This document shows positions 10,138 to 18,610 of a stretch of DNA of 64,000 nucleotides, piece by piece. Origin of the DNA: Bacteroidota bacterium (GTDB lineage: Bacteria > Bacteroidota > Bacteroidia > Chitinophagales > UBA10324). Both the position numbers and the translations under genes were made by a program. Position 1 is the first letter of the stretch. Each line of letters begins with the position of its first letter. The stretch spans positions 6,107 to 70,106 of the forward strand of contig JAFDYS010000037.1 of assembly GCA_018267315.1 (NCBI GenBank), read 5' to 3'. Under the pieces are notes generated by a model. That model was not told the origin of the DNA. It did no database searches and was given only the letters and a program-made list of their open reading frames with translations.

Positions 10138-11361
10138 TTGAATAAACGCAAGATCATCAACGACCCGGTATATGGTTTCATCACCATTCCCACCGATCTC
10201 GTTTTTGATCTGATCGGGCATGAATGGTTTCAGCGGCTCAGCCGCATCCGGCAATTGGGAATGACGTACCTGGTATATCCGGGCGCTATGCATTCGCGGT
10301 TGCAACATGCACTCGGCGCCATGCACCTGATGCAACAGGCGCTGGAGATTTTGAAATCAAAAGGTGCAGAGATTTCAGGCGAAGAAGCCGAAGCGGTGAC
10401 GATCTGCATCCTGCTTCACGATCTCGGGCATGGTCCGTTTTCCCACACGCTGGAAAAGCTGCTGGTGAGCAACGTATCCCATGAAGAACTCACCCTGCTG
10501 ATGATGGAAGAACTCAATAAGCAGTTTAACGGCAAGCTGGATTTAGCACTCACCATTTTCAAGGGCAATCATCCCAAACGCTTCCTGCATGAACTGGTTT
10601 CAAGCCAACTCGATATGGACCGGCTCGATTACCTGAACCGCGATTCATTCTTTACCGGAGTGGCAGAAGGAGTGATCGGATATGACCGGATCATCAAGAT
10701 GCTGGCTGTCCACAATAATGAATTGGTAGTGGAAGAAAAAGGCATTTATTCCATTGAAAAATTCCTCATCTCACGCCGGCTGATGTATTGGCAGGTGTAC
10801 CTGCATAAAACGGTATTAGCCGCTGAAGAAATGCTCGTGCAGATTATCCGGCGTGCACGCCAGATTTCATTAGACCGCATGCTGCTTTGCTCGCCGGCAC
10901 TATCCTGGTTTCTCACACATGAAGTGCATCCCATAGATTTTAGCTGGAACGGGGAAATTCTCAACCGTTTCGCGGAGCTTGACGATACAGATATCTTCAG
11001 TGCGTTAAAGCAGTGGAAGAATGACGCCGATACGGTTCTTTCATATTTATGCAGTCATTTACTTTCCAGAAAATTGTTGAAAATTCAACTGCAGCAACAG
11101 CCATTTGAAGAACAGCAGATTTTTGCATTCCGCAATGCCCTGCGCAAATTTCCGTCGCTCTCTGCCGCCGAGTACGATCTATTGGTGATTTCTGAATCCA
11201 CCAGCAATCACGCCTATAATCCTACTACGGAAACCATTAAGATTCTTTTCAAGGATGGAAGCGTGAAAGATGTGAGTGAGGCATCGGACTTACTCAATAT
11301 ATCAGCGTTGAAAAAACCGGTGACGAAGTATTACCTGTGTTACCCCAGGGAACTTGCATGA
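10138..11361 (+). CDS. HD-domain phosphohydrolase (dNTP triphosphohydrolase-like)
   Basis: N-terminus KIINDPVYGFI, then SRLQHALG and LLHDLGHGPFSH, the HD signature. 407 aa with a TTG start. Confidence 0.85.
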   Translation: MNKRKIINDPVYGFITIPTDLVFDLIGHEWFQRLSRIRQLGMTYLVYPGAMHSRLQHALGAMHLMQQALEILKSKGAEISGEEAEAVTICILLHDLGHGPFSHTLEKLLVSNVSHEELTLLMMEELNKQFNGKLDLALTIFKGNHPKRFLHELVSSQLDMDRLDYLNRDSFFTGVAEGVIGYDRIIKMLAVHNNELVVEEKGIYSIEKFLISRRLMYWQVYLHKTVLAAEEMLVQIIRRARQISLDRMLLCSPALSWFLTHEVHPIDFSWNGEILNRFAELDDTDIFSALKQWKNDADTVLSYLCSHLLSRKLLKIQLQQQPFEEQQIFAFRNALRKFPSLSAAEYDLLVISESTSNHAYNPTTETIKILFKDGSVKDVSEASDLLNISALKKPVTKYYLCYPRELA

Positions 11362-12473
11362 TGTTCATGTGAATGGGCGCCCTGCTCACGGTAACTTTTT
11401 TCAATGGATTCTTTGATGCGCGGAATGGCATCGTTCATGCTCTTGAGCAGTTTCTTTTTCATCAACAGGTTAAACATAAGTTGCTGCACAAAACCAAGCT
11501 GCAGGTGCATATCCATGGTGAGCCGGCTGGTTTCTTCGCCTGTTTTTTCGACTATGTAATCAAATGACATGGGCTTGCCTACGGCTGTTTCTGTAAACAC
11601 CATTTTGTCATCATCAAGCCGGACAGCGGTGGTAATAGCCGGGTCTTGTGCCGGATCGCGAACGCATTCATGCTGCGTTCCAAGTTTGTTGATCTGGTTA
11701 TGCGGCTCATCTTCTATTCTTACATCCAGTACGCCGGGCAAATAAGTGATTCTTGATTTTAAATCGATGAGGCAGAAGTAGGTGTGGCGCATTGGTGCAT
11801 TCAGTTCAACCACGAAACGGGCCGGTTGGGGCACACGGTACACTTTCAGCTCGGGCCGGGGCGGTTCCGGAATGGAATCATACAGCGATTTGAAATGAGA
11901 AAACTGATAATTGACTCTGCCAATATCGTACTGTGCGCTGCCAGCAGTAAATTGAATCCACCGGAGATCTGTTGCCGCGGGTGAAATCTTTTCAGCCCGA
12001 ATCCGGTCAGTTAGCAGCATGTATTCGTGTTCGGGGATGTCATTCTTGAGCAGACGGTGAATGAGGATAACATCCGGTCCGAAGAGCTTCGTTTGATTGT
12101 TGACCGTGATGAATGAAACATCCCCCTGGTGCACCACAAATTTCAGCGTAAGTTGATTGGCAGTGGAACAAGCACCGCAGTTGCAGATCCGGAGCAAATC
12201 ATATTTCTTCAGTTGTTGGTGAAATGCGATAAACATTTTCCGGCATTGTGCAGCAATCTGTTCCGGTGAAGGGATGCCGTTTGATTTATAAAAAAAGATG
12301 GCGTCGCCTTCTATTTCAACAATGGATAGACCAAGGTTGTTGTTGTCAATCAGTGATTGAAGCAATTCGGCAATGATGTGTTGACTGTGGCTGATTTCAG
12401 TCGCAGATACAAATTGCGTGAAGCCACTGATGTCAGGCATAAATAACAAGGCGGGGGTTGTGCCTGGCTCCAT
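11340..12473 (-). CDS. DUF2652-type protein (nucleotidyl-cyclase-like fold) with a C-terminal lipid-binding-like domain
   Basis: LLFMPDISGFTQFV and IVEIEGDAIFFY resemble the DUF2652/cyclase-like core. The start is set at the internal MEPGTTPALLFMPDISG (12473); the ORF extends to 12572. The 3' end overlaps the convergent HD gene by 22 bp. Confidence 0.65.
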   Translation of the reverse strand: MEPGTTPALLFMPDISGFTQFVSATEISHSQHIIAELLQSLIDNNNLGLSIVEIEGDAIFFYKSNGIPSPEQIAAQCRKMFIAFHQQLKKYDLLRICNCGACSTANQLTLKFVVHQGDVSFITVNNQTKLFGPDVILIHRLLKNDIPEHEYMLLTDRIRAEKISPAATDLRWIQFTAGSAQYDIGRVNYQFSHFKSLYDSIPEPPRPELKVYRVPQPARFVVELNAPMRHTYFCLIDLKSRITYLPGVLDVRIEDEPHNQINKLGTQHECVRDPAQDPAITTAVRLDDDKMVFTETAVGKPMSFDYIVEKTGEETSRLTMDMHLQLGFVQQLMFNLLMKKKLLKSMNDAIPRIKESIEKSYREQGAHSHEHHASSLG

Positions 12474-12692
12474 AGAGGATCTTTGAAGGGAAAGATACGC
12501 AAATTGAAAAATAGGGATTGTCCCGGTCTGATTGGAAGCGGTAATTTCACGGGTGGCCGGGGAGTCACCCAATCATTCGATCTGAAAGCATTCCGATTCA
12601 GGCGCTATGTTTTCCCATTGGGGAAAAATCAGGGCGGCTTCTGCTATTAATCATTGGTCGTACAAATGGCATGGTCTTTATTTGTGGGCAAC

Positions 12693-13703
12693 ATGAAACC
12701 TGAGAAGCGAATCGCCTATGCGCTGGTGGTGCTTGTGAGCATATTTTCTGCCTCCTGCCAGCATGAACCCATAACCGTAACTGACATTATTCATATTGAT
12801 ACGACTGGAAATGGGGGTGGCGGCTGCAACATACCCGGCGGGCTCTATGCGTCATTGATCACTGATTCATCGGCCACATTGAATTGGGCGGTAGTAAGTG
12901 GCGCTGCAAGCTATGATGTGCAATATAAGATTGCAGGTTCCGCCACGTGGACTGCGGCCACTTCTACGGCTAATTCATTGCCGCTCACCGGACTCAATGC
13001 CATGACGAACTATGAATTTCAGGTGCAAACTGTCTGCGCGGAAGGATCATCCGGATTCTCGGCTTCAGCCAACTTCATCACTCTGGCAGCCGGTGATACC
13101 ACCCCATACATTCCATGTAATCCTGACACTGCTTACTTCCAGAATGATGTACTCCCCATTTTCCTGACCAATTGTGCTATGCCGGGACAGGGCTGTCATG
13201 ATGCGGGGTCGCATGCCGAAGGACTGATACTTGATAGTTACGATAACATCATGGCCAGCGGCAAAGTGAAACCCGGCAAACCAAACAGCAGCAAAATATA
13301 TGAGGTGATTACCACCGGCGAGCCCGATGACCGGATGCCTCCTTCCCCGTATAGCCCGCTTACAGCGGATGAAATCAATCTCATCTATACCTGGATTCTG
13401 CAGGGAGCGCTCAACAATTACTGCGGCGGCGGACCATGTGATACACTCAGCACCACTTTCTCCGGCACCGTTTTCCCGATCATTCAAGCCAATTGCATCG
13501 GCTGCCACAGCGGCAACGTCATTTCAGGCGGAGTTGACCTTTCTGATTACTCGAAGGTCTATACCCAGGTGGTGAACGGCAAACTTTATGGCTCCGTGAA
13601 TCAAGTGCCCGGCTATGTCGCTATGCCGCTGGGAACCACGCTGAGTGATTGTGACATTCGAAAAATAAATTTCTGGATCAATGATGGTGCGCCGAATAAT
13701 TAA
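12693..13703 (+). CDS. Lipoprotein with a fibronectin type III domain and two PSCyt1-like (cytochrome c-like) modules
   Basis: Lipobox-like signal LVVLVSIFSASC. FN3-like segment (ATLNWAVVSGAASYDVQYK...YEFQVQTVC). First module has NCAMPGQGCHD ... DRMPP ... WILQGA. Second module has canonical ANCIGCHSG ... WINDGAPN. The ORF extends upstream to 12654 (TTG). Confidence 0.7.
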   Translation: MKPEKRIAYALVVLVSIFSASCQHEPITVTDIIHIDTTGNGGGGCNIPGGLYASLITDSSATLNWAVVSGAASYDVQYKIAGSATWTAATSTANSLPLTGLNAMTNYEFQVQTVCAEGSSGFSASANFITLAAGDTTPYIPCNPDTAYFQNDVLPIFLTNCAMPGQGCHDAGSHAEGLILDSYDNIMASGKVKPGKPNSSKIYEVITTGEPDDRMPPSPYSPLTADEINLIYTWILQGALNNYCGGGPCDTLSTTFSGTVFPIIQANCIGCHSGNVISGGVDLSDYSKVYTQVVNGKLYGSVNQVPGYVAMPLGTTLSDCDIRKINFWINDGAPNN

Positions 13704-14106
13704 TACTGCCGGAGTAGTCGGGCTGGTCACGCTGATTGCTGTTTCCATTTTGCCGGGATGCTACTATGATGTGGAAGAAAACCTCATTGTACGTGACACC
13801 ACTTATGTGTATGACACCACGGGCGGAGGCGGCGGTTGCGATACCACGGCCATGTCATATTCCCAGGATATTGCACCGGTGTTTGCGCAGTATTGCAACG
13901 TGTGCCATAGTTCGGCCGCACAGTTAGGAAGTGTGGTACTCGACAACTACGCAGATGTTATAGTAGAGGTTGAAAACGGGCGCTTACTTGGAGCGATTAA
14001 GCAGGAGAGTGGATACTCACCCATGCCGCAGGGTGGCGGCAAATTGGATGACTGTACCATCTCCAAAATAAGCGCATGGATTAATCAGGGGGCACCCGAT
14101 AATTGA
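13681..14106 (+). CDS. Small lipoprotein with a single cytochrome c-like (CxxCH) module, paralogous to the C-terminal module of the upstream gene
   Basis: Signal plus LPGC lipobox. YCNVCHSS ... YSPMPQGG ... ISAWINQGAPDN aligns with the second module of 12693..13703. It overlaps the upstream gene by 23 bp. Confidence 0.7.
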   Translation: MMVRRIINTAGVVGLVTLIAVSILPGCYYDVEENLIVRDTTYVYDTTGGGGGCDTTAMSYSQDIAPVFAQYCNVCHSSAAQLGSVVLDNYADVIVEVENGRLLGAIKQESGYSPMPQGGGKLDDCTISKISAWINQGAPDN

Positions 14107-14107
14107 A

Positions 14108-15010
14108 ATGGTTATGAAGAAACTGAAATCAGTTGTGCTCATTCTATGCTGCCTGACCTTGCAGGCATGGGCGCAGGATGACCTGGAATCGCTGGTGGGT
14201 GACATACAGCAGGAGGAGGCCACGGAATACGCTAAGGCAGGATGGAAAACCACGCGCGTGATCAACTCGCAATCGTTCGAGAATGTGGCGGGCGGAGTGC
14301 TCGATCTCAAATTCTCTCACCGCTTTGGGCTTATCTCCGGCGGTGCGTATGAATTGTGGGGGCTTGATCAGGCCTACATCCGCATCGGGGCTGACTACGG
14401 CATTACCGACCGGCTGATGGTTGGTTTCGGTAGAAGCAGTTTCGAAAAAACGTATGATGGTTTCTTTAAGTACAAGATTCTGCGACAGAGCAAAGGCAAA
14501 GTGAATATGCCGGTAACGATGTCGCTGTTTTCTTCCATCGCCTGCAAAACACTGAAGCAAACCAATCCCGATAAAACTGATTACTTCTCTTCGCGCCTCA
14601 CGTATTCGTATCAGCTCATCATCGGACGCAAATTCTCCGAAGGATTATCACTCCAGATTATGCCTTCCTTCATTCACCGCAATTGGGTGGAAACGGTGGA
14701 AGAGAAGAATGATGTGCTCGCATTCGGTATTGCGGCACGGCAGAAGGTGAGCAAGCGTATGGCTATTACGGGTGAATATTATTACGTGCTTCCCAATCAG
14801 ATCGCGCCGGATTACTACAACTCGCTTTCGCTCGGCATCGACATTGAAACCGGCGGTCACGTATTCCAGCTTCATTTAAGCAATTCGACTTCGATGATTG
14901 AAAAGGGATTCATTACTGAAACCACCGGTGACTGGCTGAAAGGGGATATTCATCTTGGCTTCAACATTTCACGCGTATTTACAATCACCAATAAAGGAAG
15001 AAAGGTTTAG
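14108..15010 (+). CDS. Predicted outer-membrane beta-barrel protein (DUF5777-like)
   Basis: Signal peptide CCLTLQAWAQDD. Alternating hydrophobic beta-strand-like pattern through 300 aa. The gene starts 2 nt after the upstream stop. The family assignment is from memory of similar Bacteroidota proteins. Confidence 0.6.
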   Translation: MVMKKLKSVVLILCCLTLQAWAQDDLESLVGDIQQEEATEYAKAGWKTTRVINSQSFENVAGGVLDLKFSHRFGLISGGAYELWGLDQAYIRIGADYGITDRLMVGFGRSSFEKTYDGFFKYKILRQSKGKVNMPVTMSLFSSIACKTLKQTNPDKTDYFSSRLTYSYQLIIGRKFSEGLSLQIMPSFIHRNWVETVEEKNDVLAFGIAARQKVSKRMAITGEYYYVLPNQIAPDYYNSLSLGIDIETGGHVFQLHLSNSTSMIEKGFITETTGDWLKGDIHLGFNISRVFTITNKGRKV

Positions 15011-15044
15011 AAATACCGTTCTCAATACGGGATGAATAAACGAA

Positions 15045-15073
15045 ATGCGCCACGGCTGAAAGCCGTGGCGCAT
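15045..15073. terminator. Bidirectional hairpin between convergent genes
   Basis: Perfect 13-bp stem ATGCGCCACGGCT/AGCCGTGGCGCAT with GAA loop, between the ends of 14108..15010 (+) and 15097..17361 (-). No strong T-run. Confidence 0.6.
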
Positions 15074-15096
15074 CACTTAGTGAACTCAACAATCCA

Positions 15097-17361
15097 TTAG
15101 TGCTGAATCATCATTGACTTCACCATGATCTGGTCGCCGATAATTACCTGAAGCATGTACAGTCCATCGGGTAATGATTCTTCCTTAATGGCAGTATGCA
15201 TCATTCCATCAGCATACGCCACTTCTTCGGAATACACGAGTTGATTCAGTTGGTTGCTGATTTGGACGATGGCCTTCCCTGAAGAAGCATCATTCAGTTC
15301 GAGGTCAACAGTGACCGGGCCTGAAGACGGATTGGGAAAAACATTCAGCTCACCCATGACCGCTGATTCTGTTAATCCTTCCCTGCATGACTTGATCACC
15401 TTCACCCCTTTCGAGATTTTGCTGCAGCCATCGGCATTCGTGACCACCACTTTATATGTACCCTTAGTAGTGGCTGTATAAATCTGATTGGTGGCGCCCG
15501 CAATGTTTGTTGAACCCTTCATCCACTGATAGGTATATCCGCCTCCGCTATTCGCCTGCAGATCTACGTATCCGGTTTGACAGATATCAAGATTCCCGAG
15601 CGGTGTGATATTGGCTGAAGGCAGCGGGATAATTGTGACGTACACGGTGGGAGACGTCGATGAACAACCAAAGGTGTTGGATTCCTTTACGAAATATTTT
15701 CCACCCTTATTGAGTGAATACGTTGAATTAGTTGCCCCTGCAATTAACACGTTGTTCCGGTACCATTGATACAATATTCCGTTCCCTGCATTGGCTGTGA
15801 GCAGGAGCGACTGATTGTAACAATCATAAACATAACCGGAAGGGACCGTGGTGGCCGTGATGGCATTTTCATCAATCACGCCGTCGCAGTTGTCATCAAT
15901 GCCGTTGCAGAGATCGGCGGCTCCCGGGTGAATCGTTGATGCTGCATCATCGCAATCGGTGTTATCAGCCACATAACCTGCCGGCTGGTCGCAGGAGGAC
16001 TGAGTGACGGCTGCGTTGCCGTACCCGTCATTGTCCGCATCCGCATACCAATTCACGGGAATGCAGGATGAGCAAATAGTAGTGACTGATGTACCGGATG
16101 TTTGTGCAGGTGCAGCGTCAAAAACTGATTGCGTAGAAGTTCCGTTGGCGATGGGAGTTCCCACGAGAATTGAAGGTGTGGTCACCGATGAAGTCACCGT
16201 ATTGTTGCAGCCGCTGTTGCCATTCGCATCCGTTTTCACGAAGTACACGCTACCGCTCACTCCGTAATTCTCTCCTTTGACTCCCGCCAAAACGAACCCG
16301 CCGTCACTGGCTTCCCGGATGGCGAAGAATCCGTCCCATCCGGTACCGGTCATGGTTTTGCTCCACAGCAGGTTTCCTGATCCGTCCATCTTGGCGAGAT
16401 AGCCCGCATTCGTTGCTCCGAAACTGAGTGTCGATCCGCAAAAGACCAAACCACCGTCAGCGGTGGAGGTTACCGCATAAGAATAGTCAGCACCGGTTCC
16501 ACCCACATTTTTCGTCCACAGCAAATTTCCGGAGCCATCCACTTTCACCACGTTCACATCAATGACGGACGCACTGAAAGTATATCCGGCTATCACAAAT
16601 CCGCCATCCGTGGTTTGGTGCACTGAAAAATTCTGATCATGTCCTACGTCGCCGTATGACTTATACCATTGCAGCGTTCCGTTACTGTCGGTTTTGATCA
16701 GGCAGAAATCATCGTTGATGCCGAGGTTGAGATTTTCCCAGCCGCCGATGAGAAAGCCGTGGTCGCTCGTCTGCAACAGGGTATAGGCAAAATTTTTCCG
16801 GAGGTAACTGCCAAAAGTTTTTGACCAAAGCACGTTGCCGCTTGCATCCACTTTCACAAGATGAGCGTTGCCGTTCAGTCCCGATTGTTTTTCCATTCCT
16901 GAAAAAACATAACCGCCGTCTGATGTTTGCACCACCCCGTAAGCCACATCATTGTTAATGGTGCCGTAGGTTTTGCTCCATGTCACGAGGCCTTTGGCAT
17001 CTGTTTTTACGAGCCAGGCGTCATTGGCTCCCCCCCCATAACTCATGGTGGAGCCGGCAATGATGTATCCGCCGTCAGCGGTTTGTATCACGGAGTTTCC
17101 CTGATCGAGTGAGCTGCCGCCGATGGTGTGCGTCCACAAGGTGTCGCCGTTCGCATTGGTTTTGATGAGAAGGAGATCACCGATGCCGCCGGCAAATTCA
17201 GCGGTGCCGACAAGGATATATCCCCCGTCACTGGTAAGTTGAACATCGTTGGCGAAATTGTCGCCGGTAGTCCCGAATGTTTTTTCGAATGTGACCTGTG
17301 CGTTCAGTCCGTAAGCCATTGCAAAGAGAGAGCACAGGGTGATTGCTAAGAATTTTTTCAT
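15097..17361 (-). CDS. T9SS cargo: seven-repeat beta-propeller-like region, MopE-like metal-binding Cys/Asp motif, two Ig-like modules and a type-A C-terminal sorting domain
   Basis: There are seven repeats of roughly 48 aa (..QT(S/A)DGGY..(A/G)G......D..L(I/V)K(T/V)D..G..LW.K..G). DCDDAASTIHPGAADLCNGIDDNCDG is present. YQWYRNNVLIAGATNSTY and YQWMKGSTNIAGATNQIY mark the Ig-like modules. CTD is FPNPSSGPVTVDL...LPDGLYMLQV. Confidence 0.8.
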   Translation of the reverse strand: MKKFLAITLCSLFAMAYGLNAQVTFEKTFGTTGDNFANDVQLTSDGGYILVGTAEFAGGIGDLLLIKTNANGDTLWTHTIGGSSLDQGNSVIQTADGGYIIAGSTMSYGGGANDAWLVKTDAKGLVTWSKTYGTINNDVAYGVVQTSDGGYVFSGMEKQSGLNGNAHLVKVDASGNVLWSKTFGSYLRKNFAYTLLQTSDHGFLIGGWENLNLGINDDFCLIKTDSNGTLQWYKSYGDVGHDQNFSVHQTTDGGFVIAGYTFSASVIDVNVVKVDGSGNLLWTKNVGGTGADYSYAVTSTADGGLVFCGSTLSFGATNAGYLAKMDGSGNLLWSKTMTGTGWDGFFAIREASDGGFVLAGVKGENYGVSGSVYFVKTDANGNSGCNNTVTSSVTTPSILVGTPIANGTSTQSVFDAAPAQTSGTSVTTICSSCIPVNWYADADNDGYGNAAVTQSSCDQPAGYVADNTDCDDAASTIHPGAADLCNGIDDNCDGVIDENAITATTVPSGYVYDCYNQSLLLTANAGNGILYQWYRNNVLIAGATNSTYSLNKGGKYFVKESNTFGCSSTSPTVYVTIIPLPSANITPLGNLDICQTGYVDLQANSGGGYTYQWMKGSTNIAGATNQIYTATTKGTYKVVVTNADGCSKISKGVKVIKSCREGLTESAVMGELNVFPNPSSGPVTVDLELNDASSGKAIVQISNQLNQLVYSEEVAYADGMMHTAIKEESLPDGLYMLQVIIGDQIMVKSMMIQH

Positions 17362-17607
17362 GTTCTTCTGATTTTAGTGAAAGGATGAATAATGACAACC
17401 GCTCCGGGGGAGAGCCGGTGATGATGTAAAGTTGCCGCGGGGAGGCGACGTGATTACATGATTTCAGTCAATGGAGGGAATGAGAAAAAGCAGTATTGTA
17501 GAATCCTGATTCCCTCGCACAGTCTCCGCGCAACAGCTTTTGCGAACGGGCAGGACTGGGCGAAACTCATATGTCCATGGTTGCCTCCCCGCCGACCACT
17601 TTTGGTT

Positions 17608-18495
17608 TTATTCCTTCACAAACTTTCCCGCCGTTGTCTCTCCGGTTCTCACGAAATACAACCCTGCAGGCAATTCACTTACATCGATCGTAATCTCCCT
17701 GCCTGCCGGCGAGGCAGGGCCGCCGCCTGCCTGTCCGGCAGGTAAACTTACTTTTTCTTCTTTCACTTTTTCTCCGAGGAGGTTGAAGATGGTGATAGTA
17801 GTGGGTGTGGATGGAAGTTGGAGGTGGATGGTGGTGGAGGCGGGGTTGGGGAAAGCATTCACAGAACTTTGATCAGAATCGTGTTCAGCAATACCCACAT
17901 AACAGACATAACAAGTATCCATGAATAAGAGATTGCCCGCAACCTTAACCCCATCCTTATGATGACAAAGCATATAATAATTTACGGCACTCCCACCAGT
18001 TGGAAGGTAACCTAAACCTGCTGTTGTTCCGCTGCCTTCAATGAAAGTTATCTTTTCTTCAAAGCCGCACATTGAAGTCCATCCGTTAATGCGAACGTGC
18101 TTTTTGTTAGACACAGAATAAATGCTGTCAACCACACATGGATAGGGAACATTGTTATAATCGTAAAAATTGAATGTGTCGCCAAGCGATAGAGATAAAT
18201 CCATTACCACGTATTCCGAATTAGTATATGCATTATAAAACCAGGCTTTGCCTTCAATGGTATTTTCTCTGACAAAGCCCGGAATTCCTGAAATAAGTTT
18301 GTAGTCCCTGGCGTGAATGTTTGTATCTCCTGTTACCTCAGTTGTTTGGCTACATAAATAATCACAGACACCGTAGGCTATATCCCAAGTGGTTGAGCTA
18401 TCGCCAAAGAGTGATTGATAATTTTGACAAAAAGATTCATTAAGCGTTGCAGTCAAAACAAGAACCAAACTGAGAAGATAAAGTCTATTTCTCAT
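17608..18495 (-). CDS. T9SS cargo protein of unknown function (type-A C-terminal sorting domain)
   Basis: Signal peptide MRNRLYLLSLVLVLTATL (the ORF extends to 18558). CTD is FPNPASTTIHLQL...ITIFNLLGEKV...IDVSELPAGLYFVRT. The gene body is visibly AT-rich and the CTD GC-rich. Confidence 0.7.
   Translation of the reverse strand: MRNRLYLLSLVLVLTATLNESFCQNYQSLFGDSSTTWDIAYGVCDYLCSQTTEVTGDTNIHARDYKLISGIPGFVRENTIEGKAWFYNAYTNSEYVVMDLSLSLGDTFNFYDYNNVPYPCVVDSIYSVSNKKHVRINGWTSMCGFEEKITFIEGSGTTAGLGYLPTGGSAVNYYMLCHHKDGVKVAGNLLFMDTCYVCYVGIAEHDSDQSSVNAFPNPASTTIHLQLPSTPTTITIFNLLGEKVKEEKVSLPAGQAGGGPASPAGREITIDVSELPAGLYFVRTGETTAGKFVKE
17697..17742. repeat. GC-rich double-palindrome element translated in frame inside the T9SS CTD
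   Basis: CCCTGCC-n9-GGCAGGG (17697..17719) and CCTGCC-n5-GGCAGG (17726..17742). They are translated on the minus strand as SLPAGQAGGGPASPAGR, between the conserved EKV and EITIDVS CTD strands. Confidence 0.6.
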
Positions 18496-18610
18496 TTTTA
18501 ATTCTTCCTCTCTATATAGCGAATGTAATAGAAATCCTTGAAGCGCAAGCCGGTTCAAGCTTCATCCATGTGTGTGATTAATTTGCATTCATTAAAGACG
18601 CGGTTATGGC

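Noticed and set aside
17436-17592. 10-bp inverted repeat GCGGGGAGGC ... GCCTCCCCGC about 140 bp apart, between two T9SS cargo genes
   Set aside because: A single 10-bp match at this distance is within chance expectation for a 64-kb window, and there is no coding content or further symmetry between the arms.
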